A stretch of DNA of 64,000 bases, taken from NCBI GenBank assembly GCA_963842945.1, contig CAWJIM010000003.1:96001-160000 (forward strand), given 5' to 3'. Origin of the DNA: an uncultured Gemmatimonadales bacterium. Its GTDB lineage: Bacteria > Gemmatimonadota > Gemmatimonadetes > Gemmatimonadales > GWC2-71-9. Position 1 is the stretch's first letter, and each line of letters opens with the position of its first letter. This document shows, piece by piece, positions 38,916 through 49,351 of the stretch. Position numbers and translations under genes: made by a program. Under the pieces are notes generated by a model. That model was not told the DNA's origin. It saw only the letters and a program-made list of their open reading frames with translations, and ran no database searches.

Positions 38916-39760
38916 TCACCCCGCCCGAGGTTGCCGCCGCCGGGCAGCTCGCGTGTTTGCTGGAAGTAAGCGCACCAAAACCGGGCAACGTGTCGCCCGA
39001 TCGTCATTTTCACGACACCCGGTATGAGGATTTCCTGGCCAGCGCCGTGGCGATCGGTCCGGCGCTGGCGCAGGCACATACCGCGCCCCTGGGGAGAACC
39101 ATACGGCGCGCGGTGGAAGACACGCTGCGCTGGACCCGCTCCAATACCAATCTCGGCATCGTCCTGCTGCTGGCCCCGCTTGCCCGCGCCGCACTACAGG
39201 AGCAGGGAGACCTGCGTGATCGGCTTCGCCAGGTGCTGGCGGAGACCACGGTGGACGACGCGGTGGAGGTCTACGCTGCCATCCGGCAGGCCCGACCCGG
39301 TGGCTTGGGACGCTCCAACGCGGAGGACGTGGCAGGCCGGCCAACGGTCACTCTGCAGGAGGCCATGGCTCTCGCTGCCGAGCGCGACAGCATCGCCCGG
39401 GAGTACGTCAGCAGCTTTGCCCGGACCTTCGAGATCGGAGTCCCCGCGCTGGTTGCCGCTCGTCGCGAGGGACTGACCTGGACCGACGCAGCAGTCGACA
39501 CCTATCTGGCCTTGCTCGAGAGTGGGGCCGACACTCACATCGCCCGAAAGCTGGGAGTCGAAGAAGCAGAGATGGTATCCCGGAGGGCTCGAGAAGTGCG
39601 CGCCGCGGGAGGAATCCGGTCGTCTGCCGGCCGCCAGGCCCTGGCCGAGCTGGATCGGGAGCTGCGCGACCCGCGTAACCGCCGCAACCCAGGAGCCACC
39701 GCGGATCTGACGTGTGCGGCCCTTTTTGTCGTTATACTAGATGGTGGCTGGGATCGTTAG
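38912..39760 (+). CDS. CitG-like triphosphoribosyl transferase (Orf7)
   Basis: LEVSAPKPGNV, NTNLGIVLLLAPL, DTHIARK, NPGATADL. Confidence 0.92.
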   Translation: MITPPEVAAAGQLACLLEVSAPKPGNVSPDRHFHDTRYEDFLASAVAIGPALAQAHTAPLGRTIRRAVEDTLRWTRSNTNLGIVLLLAPLARAALQEQGDLRDRLRQVLAETTVDDAVEVYAAIRQARPGGLGRSNAEDVAGRPTVTLQEAMALAAERDSIAREYVSSFARTFEIGVPALVAARREGLTWTDAAVDTYLALLESGADTHIARKLGVEEAEMVSRRAREVRAAGGIRSSAGRQALAELDRELRDPRNRRNPGATADLTCAALFVVILDGGWDR

Positions 39761-39770
39761 GAGAACCGCC

Positions 39771-40274
39771 GTGCAGAGCAGCTTTCGCGTTCAGGTCAGC
39801 AAGGACTACCTCGTCTTTGCGTCCGCCCATTTCATCACCTTCAAGGGCCATCAGTGTGAATCGCTCCACGGCCACAACTACCGGGTGGGAGTGGCGGTTG
39901 AGGGCGCCGTCGATTCTGAGTGTTTGTTCGTCCTCGATTTCAGCGTGCTGAAGCAGATTACCCGGCAATTGGTCGACACCATCGACCACAAGGTGCTGCT
40001 GCCCACGCTGAATCCCAAGCTGGCGTTTCGCGAGGAGGGAGACCGGGTGGCGGTCGACTACTTTGGCCAGCCGACCTATGTCTTCCCCCGCCGGGACTGC
40101 GCCCTCATTCCCATCCCGAACAGCACCGCCGAAATGCTGGCCCAGTATCTCGGCACCCTGGTGCGGCAGGAGCTGAACAGCCGGGGCTACACTCACCTCA
40201 CCAGCCTCGAGCTCGAGGTAGAAGAGAACTACGGCCAGTCAGCTACGTACCACGAAGCGCTGGTTCCGGATTGA
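39771..40274 (+). CDS. 6-pyruvoyl-tetrahydropterin synthase family protein (PTPS-I/III signature)
   Basis: FASAHF, CESLHGHNY, DHKVLLP, NSTAEMLA. Confidence 0.9.
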   Translation: MQSSFRVQVSKDYLVFASAHFITFKGHQCESLHGHNYRVGVAVEGAVDSECLFVLDFSVLKQITRQLVDTIDHKVLLPTLNPKLAFREEGDRVAVDYFGQPTYVFPRRDCALIPIPNSTAEMLAQYLGTLVRQELNSRGYTHLTSLELEVEENYGQSATYHEALVPD

Positions 40275-41038
40275 CCTGACTGGGACACCGCGGCCAGGTC
40301 TGCCGAGGTCACCTTTCCACTATGAATCGCGCTCGCCACCAGGGCTCCGTCGCAGCCGGCGTCGCGCATTCTTTCCAGGTCCAGCCGGGTCAGCACGCCA
40401 CCTCCAGCCAACAACCGAGTGCCCGGCAACCGCTGACGCAAGGATTCCAGCAATCCCAGGTCCACGCCGCATCCAGTGCCCACCCGGCCCAGATCCAGAA
40501 CCAGCAGCGATCCTGCCCCGGCGGCGGCGGCTTGCTCTGCAAGGGTCAGCGGATCGGGGCCCGCACCTCGGGCGTCCTGCAGGGCTGGATGGACGATCGG
40601 GTTCCCCAGACGCAGGTCCAGGCTGAACACAAGCCGAGGAGGACCCACCAGGTCTGCAATAGATTGAAGTTCCGAAAAGGCCTGAAGGGTTTCCAGCCCG
40701 ACGACGACGTCACTGGCGCCGCAGGAGAGGACCTCGAGAGCCCCTTCAGGCAAATGGGTTCCCGCGTCCACTATCAACGACCCGGAGAATCCGGTGTGAA
40801 AGGCCGCCAATTCGCGAAGCAGCGTGCGCTGGACCGCGCCTCCCTGAATGGCATCCAGATCCGCGACGTAGCACTCGTGAATACCGAGGGTCGAATGGAA
40901 GGCGCGCAGCACCGCAACTGGATCTCCGACCTGGTCGGGTACCAGCTTGGATTCCAGGGGTGCATACCGGCTCCGGTCGCCCCCTTGGGCGTGAACTGCG
41001 ACCCCACCGGCAATATCCAGAACTGGAATGATCTGCAT
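40229..41038 (-). CDS. HisA/HisF-related TIM-barrel protein (Orf17-like)
   Basis: IIPVLDI.GG.AVHA..G.R..Y.P, YVADLDAI, LDLGRVG.G.G, GGGV, ALVASAIH. Confidence 0.9.
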   Translation of the reverse strand: MQIIPVLDIAGGVAVHAQGGDRSRYAPLESKLVPDQVGDPVAVLRAFHSTLGIHECYVADLDAIQGGAVQRTLLRELAAFHTGFSGSLIVDAGTHLPEGALEVLSCGASDVVVGLETLQAFSELQSIADLVGPPRLVFSLDLRLGNPIVHPALQDARGAGPDPLTLAEQAAAAGAGSLLVLDLGRVGTGCGVDLGLLESLRQRLPGTRLLAGGGVLTRLDLERMRDAGCDGALVASAIHSGKVTSADLAAVSQSGQSGTSASWYVADWP

Positions 41039-41064
41039 CGTCCTTGCCCACCTCCAGGTTCTCC

Positions 41065-42096
41065 ATGACCTCAGCCGTGCTGGGCTGGGATATCGGAGGC
41101 GTCAACACCAAGGTCGCGCGGATCGACCAGAATCACGCCTCAGCTCCCCAGGTGCTCAGTATCGCGTACGAGCTCCAGCGCGATCTCTCGGCCCTGCCTT
41201 CAGTGCTCCGCTCCGCTGCCGATCAGCTCGGGGCCACTCCGCACGATCAGCACGGCATCACCATGACAGCGGAGCTCTCCCAGGCCTTCAGGACCAAGCG
41301 AGAAGGCGTGGGCTTCGTGCTGGACGCGCTGGAATCGGTGTTTTCGTCCGACAGCCTTCACGTATACACCGTACCTGGAGAATTCGTCAGGCCCCAGGCT
41401 GCGCGATCCCGAAGCCTGGAGGTGGCGGCCTCGAACTGGTCCGCTATGGCGCGCTGGGTGGCCCGACGTATCTCCAGCTGCATCCTCGTCGACGTCGGCA
41501 GCACGACCACCGACCTCATTCCCATCGTGGAAGGTGAAGTCCGAGCTGAGGGCAAGACCGATCCAGACCGATTGCGGAGCGGGGAGCTGGTGTATACCGG
41601 CTCGGTTCGAACACCGGTGGAGGCAGTGGCGACCAGGGTTCCACTTGGGAGTGGAAGCGCGGGCGTCTCGGCGGAGGGATTCGCTCTGATGGGCGACGTG
41701 CATGTCTGGCTCGGTCGCCTGAGCCCTGAGGATTTCACCTCACCTACGCCGGACGGCAGGCCTGCAACCAGGGAATACGCCGGCGAACGTCTCGCCCGGG
41801 TGGTCTGCGGCGACCGCGAGGTGCTGGATGAGCAAGCGATCACGGGCATCGCAATGGCCCTTGCCGAAGCGCAGCGCGATCTCATCGTTGGCGCATTGCG
41901 CCGGCTAAGAAGGCGACATCCCACTATAGACACCGCCGTCGTGGCCGGGCTGGGAGAATTTATCGGCAGCGAAGCCGCCGAGCGCGCCGGCCTCAAGGCG
42001 GTCCCGCTGGCGAAACAGATCGGCGCTGCGGCCGTTACCGCACCCGCATTTGCCGTAGCAAGCCTCCTCCGCGATAACCTGATGTTGAAGTCGTGA
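41065..42096 (+). CDS. Hydantoinase A-like protein (Orf9/MfnF-like)
   Basis: LGWDIGGVNTK, TMTAELSQAF, AASNW, DVGSTTTD, ELVYTG.VRT, RLARVVC. Confidence 0.92.
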   Translation: MTSAVLGWDIGGVNTKVARIDQNHASAPQVLSIAYELQRDLSALPSVLRSAADQLGATPHDQHGITMTAELSQAFRTKREGVGFVLDALESVFSSDSLHVYTVPGEFVRPQAARSRSLEVAASNWSAMARWVARRISSCILVDVGSTTTDLIPIVEGEVRAEGKTDPDRLRSGELVYTGSVRTPVEAVATRVPLGSGSAGVSAEGFALMGDVHVWLGRLSPEDFTSPTPDGRPATREYAGERLARVVCGDREVLDEQAITGIAMALAEAQRDLIVGALRRLRRRHPTIDTAVVAGLGEFIGSEAAERAGLKAVPLAKQIGAAAVTAPAFAVASLLRDNLMLKS

Positions 42097-42692
42097 TGAA
42101 CCCCAGTGTCACGGGCTTCTCGGTGATCAAGGTCGGTGGCGGGTTGTCGCGGCTGCCTGGCGCATTGGAGCGGGTGTGCTCGGCACTTCAGGCGCTCTCC
42201 CAGCGGCATCCAATCCTGCTGGTGCCGGGTGGCGGCCCCTTTGCCGATGCTGTAAGAGTATTCGAGAGCCAAGCCACCCTCTCTCCTGCTGCCTCCCACT
42301 GGATGGCGATTCTGGCGATGGATCAGTACGCCTACGTGCTCGCCGATCGAATTGCCGGAGGAGTGATCGTGACCGAGCCGGGCGAAATCGAGGGAATCCT
42401 CTCGAAGGGGAAGATTCCCATCATTGCGCCGGCTCAGTGGATGCGCTCTACTGACGTGTTCCCTCACAGCTGGGAGGTAACCAGCGACAGCATTGCGGCC
42501 TTCGTGGCCGGAGCACTGGGTGCAGCCCGACTGGCCTTGATCAAGCCGGCGTTGAGCAATGACCCCGTTGACCGCTACTTCGGAAGGACGCTGCCCGCCG
42601 GAATGCCCTGTCTGATTGTGAGCTGGGAACGGCTCGGAGAGCTGTCGGATTGGCTCAGCGAACAGACCGCTGCCGCCGCACCCCCGGAGTAG
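42093..42692 (+). CDS. Amino-acid-kinase-family protein (Orf21/MfnE-like)
   Basis: VIKVGGGL, VPGGGPFADAVR, HWMAILAM, PHSWEVTSDSIA. Confidence 0.9.
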   Translation: MMNPSVTGFSVIKVGGGLSRLPGALERVCSALQALSQRHPILLVPGGGPFADAVRVFESQATLSPAASHWMAILAMDQYAYVLADRIAGGVIVTEPGEIEGILSKGKIPIIAPAQWMRSTDVFPHSWEVTSDSIAAFVAGALGAARLALIKPALSNDPVDRYFGRTLPAGMPCLIVSWERLGELSDWLSEQTAAAAPPE

Positions 42693-45600
42693 CCGGGCTG
42701 GAGCGTTTGCGCGTAAGATGGTCCACGAACCGGTCTGGGGGCACCGGGCGACCTAGCAGATAGCCCTGCACCTCGTCACAGCCCTGCTTCTGTAGCAGCG
42801 TGAGATGCGCCTCCGTTTCTACCCCCTCCGCAATGACCCGAAGTCCCAATGCGTGGCCCATGGCGATGATCGCGGTGGTGATGGCTGCGTCATCCGGTTG
42901 AATAGCGATCTCCCGAATAAAGGACCGGTCGATTTTCAGCGTATCGAGCGGGAAGTGCTTCAGGTAGCTGAACGACGAGTAGCCGGTGCCGAAGTCGTCC
43001 ACCGCCAGGTGGAGCCCCATGGCCCGGAGGGCATGCAGCGCCTCGGTGCCTTCCCGATGGTGATTCACCAGCACGCTCTCGGTGAGCTCCAGACTCAAAT
43101 ACCTCGGTTCCAGCCCGCTGATCTGTAACGCCCGGCCAATGGTCTCGGCCAACGACCGCTTCAGCTGCCGGCTGGAGAGGTTGACGCTCACCCGGATCCG
43201 GGGGAGCCCGGCGTCCTGCCAGGCGCGGTTCTGCAGGCAGGAGCTCTGCAGAATCCATTCGCCCATGGGAACGATGAGTCCGTTCTCCTCCGCGATCGGA
43301 ATGAACTCCGAGGGCAGCAGCAGGCCGAGCTCCGGATGGCGCCAGCGCAACAAGGCCTCCGCCGCGACCACCGTGTTGGTGTACGCGTCGACGATCGGCT
43401 GATAGTGGACCTCGAACTCGTTCCGCTCCAGGGCCCGCCGCAGATCGTTCTCCAGGGTCATGCGCTGCAGCGCGGTCGTGGTCATGGACTTGGAGTAGGT
43501 CTGATAGCTGCTGCCACCCTGCTCCTTGGCCTTGTACATCGCGGTATCAGCGTGCATGAGCAGGGTGTCGATGTCCTCGCCATCGTAGGGATAAATGGCG
43601 ATGCCGATGCTGGCGTTCACGAAGATCTCATGGGTCCCGACTCGCACCGGCTGGGCAAAGCTCGAGAGAATCCGCCGGGCCAGCTTGCCGGCATCCTGAG
43701 CATCCTGGAGTCCGGGCATAAGCACGGTAAACTCGTCGCCACCCAATCGGGCCACTTCTGGCGCTATGGTGCTCAGGCCTGGTCCCACTTCGTCCTCCCG
43801 CTCGCGGCAGCAGCTCCGGAGCCGCGACGCCACATGGCGCAGGAGTTGATCGCCCACCTCATGGCCCAACGTATCGTTGATGCGGCTGAAGTGATCGAGG
43901 TCAATGAAGAAGGCCGCCACCAGCCGCTGGTTCCGGCTGGCCTGCTCCAGGGCATAGCAGAGCCGCTCTTTGTAGGAGAGCCGATTGGGCAGGCCGGTCA
44001 GGCTGTCGTAGTACGCCAGCTCCCGGACCTGTTCCAGCATGCGCGCATTGGCCAAGGCCACCGCGGCCTGGTCGGCCAGCCGACGCATCTGGTCGCGATC
44101 TTCCTCGGTGGGCATGAGATCGAATCGCTCGCCCAGAGCGATGATCCCGGAGAGTTGCCGCTGATAGGAGAGCGCCAGCACCAGAAATGAGGTGGCACCC
44201 AGGCTGGTGAGCGGGGCGAGATAGGACGGGACGCCGTCACCCTGCCGAATCTCCAGTATCTCCGGGCCGGTCAGAAGTCCCTGCACGTCAGTCGGGCGCA
44301 GAGCAATCCGTTCGATGTGTCGTCCCCCGCGCTCATAGTCCTGGACCACGCTGGTGACCGTCTTGGTTCCATCCGGTATGCCCAGGGTTACGCTCACCAT
44401 GCCGCAGGGGAACACGTCCCGGATACGGCCAAGGACCGTATCCACGATGGCGGTGGCGTCCGTGGCCGACAGCACCGCGCGGTCGATTTCAGCGGCGGTG
44501 GCCAGAGCGTTGAACTGGCGGCCGAGCTGGGTCGCCATGGTATTGAACGAGGAGGCGAGCTGCTCGAACTCGTCGCGGCTGTTCACCGTCACCCGGCTGG
44601 TAAAATCCCGCTGCGCGATCCGCTGGGTGCCCTTTTGCAGCTCTTCCAAGGGCAAGACGCTACGCCGGATCTGGCTGGCGCTGAGCAGCAGCACCACCAG
44701 GCTGGAAACCCCGACCACGATGAGGAAGGTGTTGGTGAACTCCACCATCGGCTCGAGTACTTCGTCCTTGGACTCGCTGAACAGCACGGTCCACGGCTGG
44801 CCGGCAAACGCGGCATCGAGCGGTATGGCTGAGATGGCGGTCAGATAGTTCTGCTTTAGTTCTGGCCACGCTCGTGTCTACCCAGGTTTCCTTCGGCTTG
44901 CGCCTGAGGCGCCCCGACCGGCACCGGGGGCTTCGGCGCGCTGAACAACACTTGCCCCAGCTCATCCAGCACCGCCACCCGGGTGTTAGGCGAGGGCACG
45001 CTCTGTTCCACCGAGCCCCAGAGGTAGTCTGGGCTGACCTCGCCCACGAAGGTTCCTCGTACTTCACCCTTTCGAGCCAGCCTTCTCAGCAGGTACACTC
45101 GCGGGCCTGTCTTAAAGTGCACCACCGATACCAGCGGCAAACCGAGCCCCAGATCGGAGCTGTCCCGCGCGCTCACCCGGGGACGCCGTGAGAGCCGGCC
45201 GAACACTTCGATGCGCTTGTTGTCGTCACCTACAAACTCGACGGCTACAAATCGCTGCCGGGCGAGGAGGTCCAGCCCCGCGATCAGTGCCTTGCTGGCT
45301 TCAATGAGGTCGGTCCGCGACCGGTTGACCGGAAGGCGTGGCGTGCGATCGATGATGATCCCGCCCATGGCTACCCGCCCGTCCGCCGAGCCGGCCTGGG
45401 TCTGATTTCCGGGCTTGGGCCTGGGCGACCGCACCGGTGCGGCAACCCGGGGAAGGCGTTTGGCTGCGGCAAGCTGAAGAACCGCGCTGGGGGGAATGCT
45501 CTTGAGCGTGGCGTCGAGCAGCAGCAAGCGCTCGAATACCGCCTGCCCCAACGTCCGGTTAGCCTGCTCGAGCCGGGCCTCGCTCTGATGGTAGAGCTGC

Positions 45601-45728
45601 TGCTTGACGTGCCGGTAGGACAGCACGGCCAGGACCGCCATGGGAACCAAAGCACATCCCACGAACAACATGAGGAGCCGTCGGCCGAACTTGCTCCGCA
45701 ACGGAGTCGACGGGAAAGTCACATGCAT
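42655..45728 (-). CDS. Membrane sensor diguanylate cyclase/phosphodiesterase (TM-periplasmic-TM-HAMP-GAF-GGDEF-EAL); frameshift near 44860
   Basis: N-terminal TM in ORF 44856-45728; HAMP (RDEFEQLASSFNTM), YDSLTGLPNR, RLGGDEF, AEALLRW, DDFGTGYSS. Confidence 0.92.
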
Positions 45729-45834
45729 GCCTGGGCGCGGGAGAGCCGTTGAAATTTACGGTCGTTTCTAGCCCGGCGTGCCGAGCAAGTGTTATGCCCC
45801 TATAAGTGGGCCCTAATCGTTGATTTTCAGATGG

Positions 45835-46644
45835 TTAGCTCAACTTGGGCGGCAGAGATTCGCAGCGGGTTCGGGCGTTTCGCGACCTGGTCTTACGGGG
45901 TCGATTCGGTCCTGTGATAGAACCCGAAGCCTGTATCACCAATGTTTTCACTCGCCTGACGCGCGCTCGGCTGACCTCGCCCTCCCGTCCTGACGGGCAG
46001 AGAGCACCCCGAAAGCCCACGACATCCGGATCCACCCGGGAAACCGCAGGTATCTGCTCCGGGCCTAACCCTCCGGCCACCGCCGTGAGGAGACCTGCCT
46101 GTCGCGCTCTGGCGACCAGGTTGCGGAGCCGCTCAGCCTCGATCCAGTCGAACAGCTGGCCGCGCCCTTTCGAGGACGTATCGATCAGCACCCCCGCCGC
46201 ACCGGCGTCAGCGGCGGCATCCCAAACAACCTCAGGATCGGCGCAACCCGCACTCCTACTGTCGGCGTACGCCACGGCGATGATGCGCGGAGCACCATAC
46301 TCGGCCTCCCGTACCACGGCGCAGGCGACCTCGAGCAAAGTTCTCAGCCGTCTCGGGCTACTGACCCCAGAGAATCCCAGCTTCAGGTATACGGGAGCAG
46401 GACGGGAAACCACCGTCAGGGCGGCGATGCTGGTTCGAACCTCAAGCTGATTCGCCACGTCCCCGAGGGCTGCGCTCAACTCCAGGTCGAGTGGAACTCG
46501 AGCTTGAATCTGGGCGAAGACTTCTGGTGAAACGGCGCCGAGGGAGCCCCTGCCTGGCTCCTTGGCATCGATGATGTCCGCACCTCCGGAGACGGCCGCC
46601 TCCACCTCGTCGGCCGAGCGTACGCTCGCCAGCAGTCGCATCAC
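45835..46644 (-). CDS. mfnB: (5-formylfuran-3-yl)methyl phosphate synthase (DUF556)
   Basis: LLASVRSADE…ADIIDAKEP.RGSLGA, SAALGD, LIDT..K, AVAG, DVVGFRGALC. Confidence 0.9.
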   Translation of the reverse strand: MMRLLASVRSADEVEAAVSGGADIIDAKEPGRGSLGAVSPEVFAQIQARVPLDLELSAALGDVANQLEVRTSIAALTVVSRPAPVYLKLGFSGVSSPRRLRTLLEVACAVVREAEYGAPRIIAVAYADSRSAGCADPEVVWDAAADAGAAGVLIDTSSKGRGQLFDWIEAERLRNLVARARQAGLLTAVAGGLGPEQIPAVSRVDPDVVGFRGALCPSGREGEVSRARVRRVKTLVIQASGSITGPNRPRKTRSRNARTRCESLPPKLS

Positions 46645-46726
46645 GCTCCCTTGTAAGATGCTAAGGTCCCGATATGTTAGGATTTAGAAGGTATCATCGA
46701 CCGGAGTTGCAGGGGAGGCGGCGGCT

Positions 46727-47477
46727 GTGCTGGAGCGAAAGAGCGTGCTGGTCACCGGGGCGTCGAGTGGGATCGGCCGTGCGATTGCTCTTCGCTGCGG
46801 CGAGGCCGGTGCCGACCTGGCCATCACCTATCGCAAGAATCAGGAGGGGGCAGAAGCCACCGCCCGCGAGCTTCGGGCAAAGGGGCGCCGCGCCGAGGTT
46901 TTGCGGGTGGACATCAGCCAAGAGAAAGAAATCGACCGCCTGGTGGATCATCTGCAGCGTACCTTCCCTCGAATCGATGTCTGGATCAACAACGCCGGCG
47001 CCGACATCCTCACCGGTGACGCCGGCCGGCACTCCCGGCTCCAGAAGCTCGATACCGTCATGGCGGTGGATGTCAGGGGCACCGTGCTGGCGTCATGGGC
47101 CGCAGTGGGCATGATGCGAAAGCAGGGGGGCGGCAGCATCATCAACATGGCCTGGGACCATGTCGGTCAAGGCATGAAAGGGGAAAATCCGGGGATTTAT
47201 TCGGCCGCCAAGGGCGCCGTCGCCAGCTTCAGCCGCTCGCTGGCTCGCGACGTCGCGCCGGACATTCGGGTCAACATCCTGGCACCGGGATTCATCGAAA
47301 CGGCCTTTGGTGAGGATGCCGATCCCGGATTTCGCCAGAAAGTGATCGAGATGACGCCCTTGGGCCGATGGGGCCAGCCGGACGACGTGGCGGGAGCGGC
47401 AGTCTTTCTGGCGTCAGACGCCTCGTCCTTTCTGACCGGGCCAGATGATCATGGTGAACGGTGGAGTGGTGATGTAA
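46727..47477 (+). CDS. Short-chain dehydrogenase/reductase; frameshift near 47440
   Basis: TGASSGIG, NNAG, YSAAK, APGFIET; natural end FLTGQMIMVNGGVVM* at 47477. Confidence 0.9.
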
Positions 47478-47492
47478 CAACAAGGAGAAACT

Positions 47493-47855
47493 ATGCCAGC
47501 AACGAAAGAACGCACCTACAACGACAGCGAAATAAACGAACGGCTCAAGGAGTTGCCGGGCTGGTATTACGAAGACGGATGGATCCGCCGGGTCTACAAG
47601 ACCGACGGCTGGCCCACCACCACGATGCTGGTGAACGCCGTCGCATATCTCGCGGAGGCTGCGTACCATCATCCCGATCTGACCGTCACCTGGGGGCGTA
47701 TCGTCGTCAAACTCCAGAACCACGCCGCGGGCGGTATTACCGATAAGGACTTCGAGCTGGCTCGGAAGATCGAGGAAGTCGTCCTGTGGCGTCCGCAGGG
47801 AGGCGCACTCGAGGGAACGCCCAACAAGTGGGTTCGGTCGGGGGATCCGAGGTAG
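47493..47855 (+). CDS. Pterin-4a-carbinolamine dehydratase family protein
   Basis: AGGAG RBS; LAEAAYHHPDL, HAAGGITDKDFELARKIE. Confidence 0.93.
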   Translation: MPATKERTYNDSEINERLKELPGWYYEDGWIRRVYKTDGWPTTTMLVNAVAYLAEAAYHHPDLTVTWGRIVVKLQNHAAGGITDKDFELARKIEEVVLWRPQGGALEGTPNKWVRSGDPR

Positions 47856-47887
47856 GCGGGTCAGCGGGGCAGACGGGCAGCGGGGCA

Positions 47888-49351
47888 GTGACTCCAGGAA
47901 GCGAGGTAGGAGAGGCCGGTGGAACAAACGGCCCCACTGCCCCGCCGCCCCGCCGAGTGCTGTTCGTCACCGGTACCCTTGCCGAGCCGGCGCTCCGGCG
48001 GGTGCTGGCCGAGATGGCGCCGCCGTTCGAGCCCGTGGTCGCCGTTCTGAAGATCACCGTGGCCGCGCTTATGACCACGCCCTGGATCGCCCGGCACCTG
48101 GAGATTCCCCCCGAAACCGACCTGGTGCTCATACCCGGTCTCTGTGAAGGCGATACCGCCGTTCTGCAGGAGCGTTTCAATGTCCCCGTAAAAAAGGGGC
48201 CCAAAGATCTTCGTGAGATTCCCCGTTACTTCGGGCAGGGACAGGCAGCTCTCGAGTACGGAGCCTACTCCATCGAGATCCTGGCTGAGATCAACAACGC
48301 CCCCCGGCTCACACCGGAACAGCTGCGGGCGGCGGCCGACTACTTCCAGGCCAGCGGTGCCGATGTCATCGACGTCGGATGTACTCCAGGCCTCGCATTC
48401 CCCGGGCTGGCCACGGCTGTCCGCGAGCTGCGCGCTGCCGGCATGCGGGTCAGCATCGACAGCTTTGATCCGGGAGAGATTCGAACGGCGGTAGAAGCGG
48501 GCGCCGAGCTGGTGCTGAGCGTCAATCAGTCCAACCTCGAGGTGGCCCGCGAGCTCCGGGGCACCCCGGCTCAGGTCGTCGTCATCCCCGATTTCGGAGA
48601 GGGTCTGGAGACGCTGGACCCGAGCATCGAGCGCCTGGAAGCCTGGGGTGTCCCTTACCTCATCGATCCCATCATTGAGCCGATCGGCTTCGGCTTCATG
48701 GCCTCTCTCGAGCGATACGCCGAGGTCCGGCGCCGCTATCCGAATGCCCGGCAGCTCATGGGCGTCGGCAACATCACCGAGCTCACCAGCGCCGATTCCA
48801 CCGGGCTGAACGCCGTTCTGCTGGCCATCTGCCAGGAAGTTGGAGTCACCGCGGTGCTCACCACCGAAGTCATCTCCTGGGCTCGAGGCGCGGTGCGGGA
48901 GATCGACATTGCCCGAAGGCTCATGTATTACGCGGTCACGCACCGCACGGTGCCGAAGTCGGTGGACGACCGGCTGCTGACGATCAAGGATCCGCAGGTC
49001 CTGGAGTACGATGAGGCGGAGTTGCGCCAGCTCCACGCGGCGGTGCGCGACCCCAACTTCCGCATCTTCACCGACCGCGAGACGATCACGGTGTTCAACA
49101 ACGAGGTTTTCGTTCGCGGCACCGACATTCAGGCCATTTTCGCCCAGCTCGGCGTGGATGAGGCGACGCATGCCTTCTATCTGGGACGCGAGCTGCTGAA
49201 AGCAAAGCTGGCCATCACGCTGGGCAAAACCTATCGCCAGGAGGGGGCGCTGGCCTGGGGCTATCTCACCCCGCCCGACGACATCAAGTCCGAGCACGTC
49301 CGTCTGACCCAGCGCTCTCGGAGGACCCGCAAGCGGGCAGCGGAAGGGTGA
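47888..49351 (+). CDS. Dihydropteroate-synthase-like protein (Orf20/DUF6513 type); start approximate
   Basis: LFVTGTLAE, VAALMT, KGPKDL, ILAEI, GADVIDVG, DPIIEPIGFGF, GNITELT..DS.G, HAFYLGREL.KA. Confidence 0.9.
   Translation: MTPGSEVGEAGGTNGPTAPPPRRVLFVTGTLAEPALRRVLAEMAPPFEPVVAVLKITVAALMTTPWIARHLEIPPETDLVLIPGLCEGDTAVLQERFNVPVKKGPKDLREIPRYFGQGQAALEYGAYSIEILAEINNAPRLTPEQLRAAADYFQASGADVIDVGCTPGLAFPGLATAVRELRAAGMRVSIDSFDPGEIRTAVEAGAELVLSVNQSNLEVARELRGTPAQVVVIPDFGEGLETLDPSIERLEAWGVPYLIDPIIEPIGFGFMASLERYAEVRRRYPNARQLMGVGNITELTSADSTGLNAVLLAICQEVGVTAVLTTEVISWARGAVREIDIARRLMYYAVTHRTVPKSVDDRLLTIKDPQVLEYDEAELRQLHAAVRDPNFRIFTDRETITVFNNEVFVRGTDIQAIFAQLGVDEATHAFYLGRELLKAKLAITLGKTYRQEGALAWGYLTPPDDIKSEHVRLTQRSRRTRKRAAEG

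Noticed and set aside
46727..47746. 339-aa SDR overlapping the PCD gene
   Set aside because: The extension is a frameshift artefact; the canonical SDR end lies at 47477
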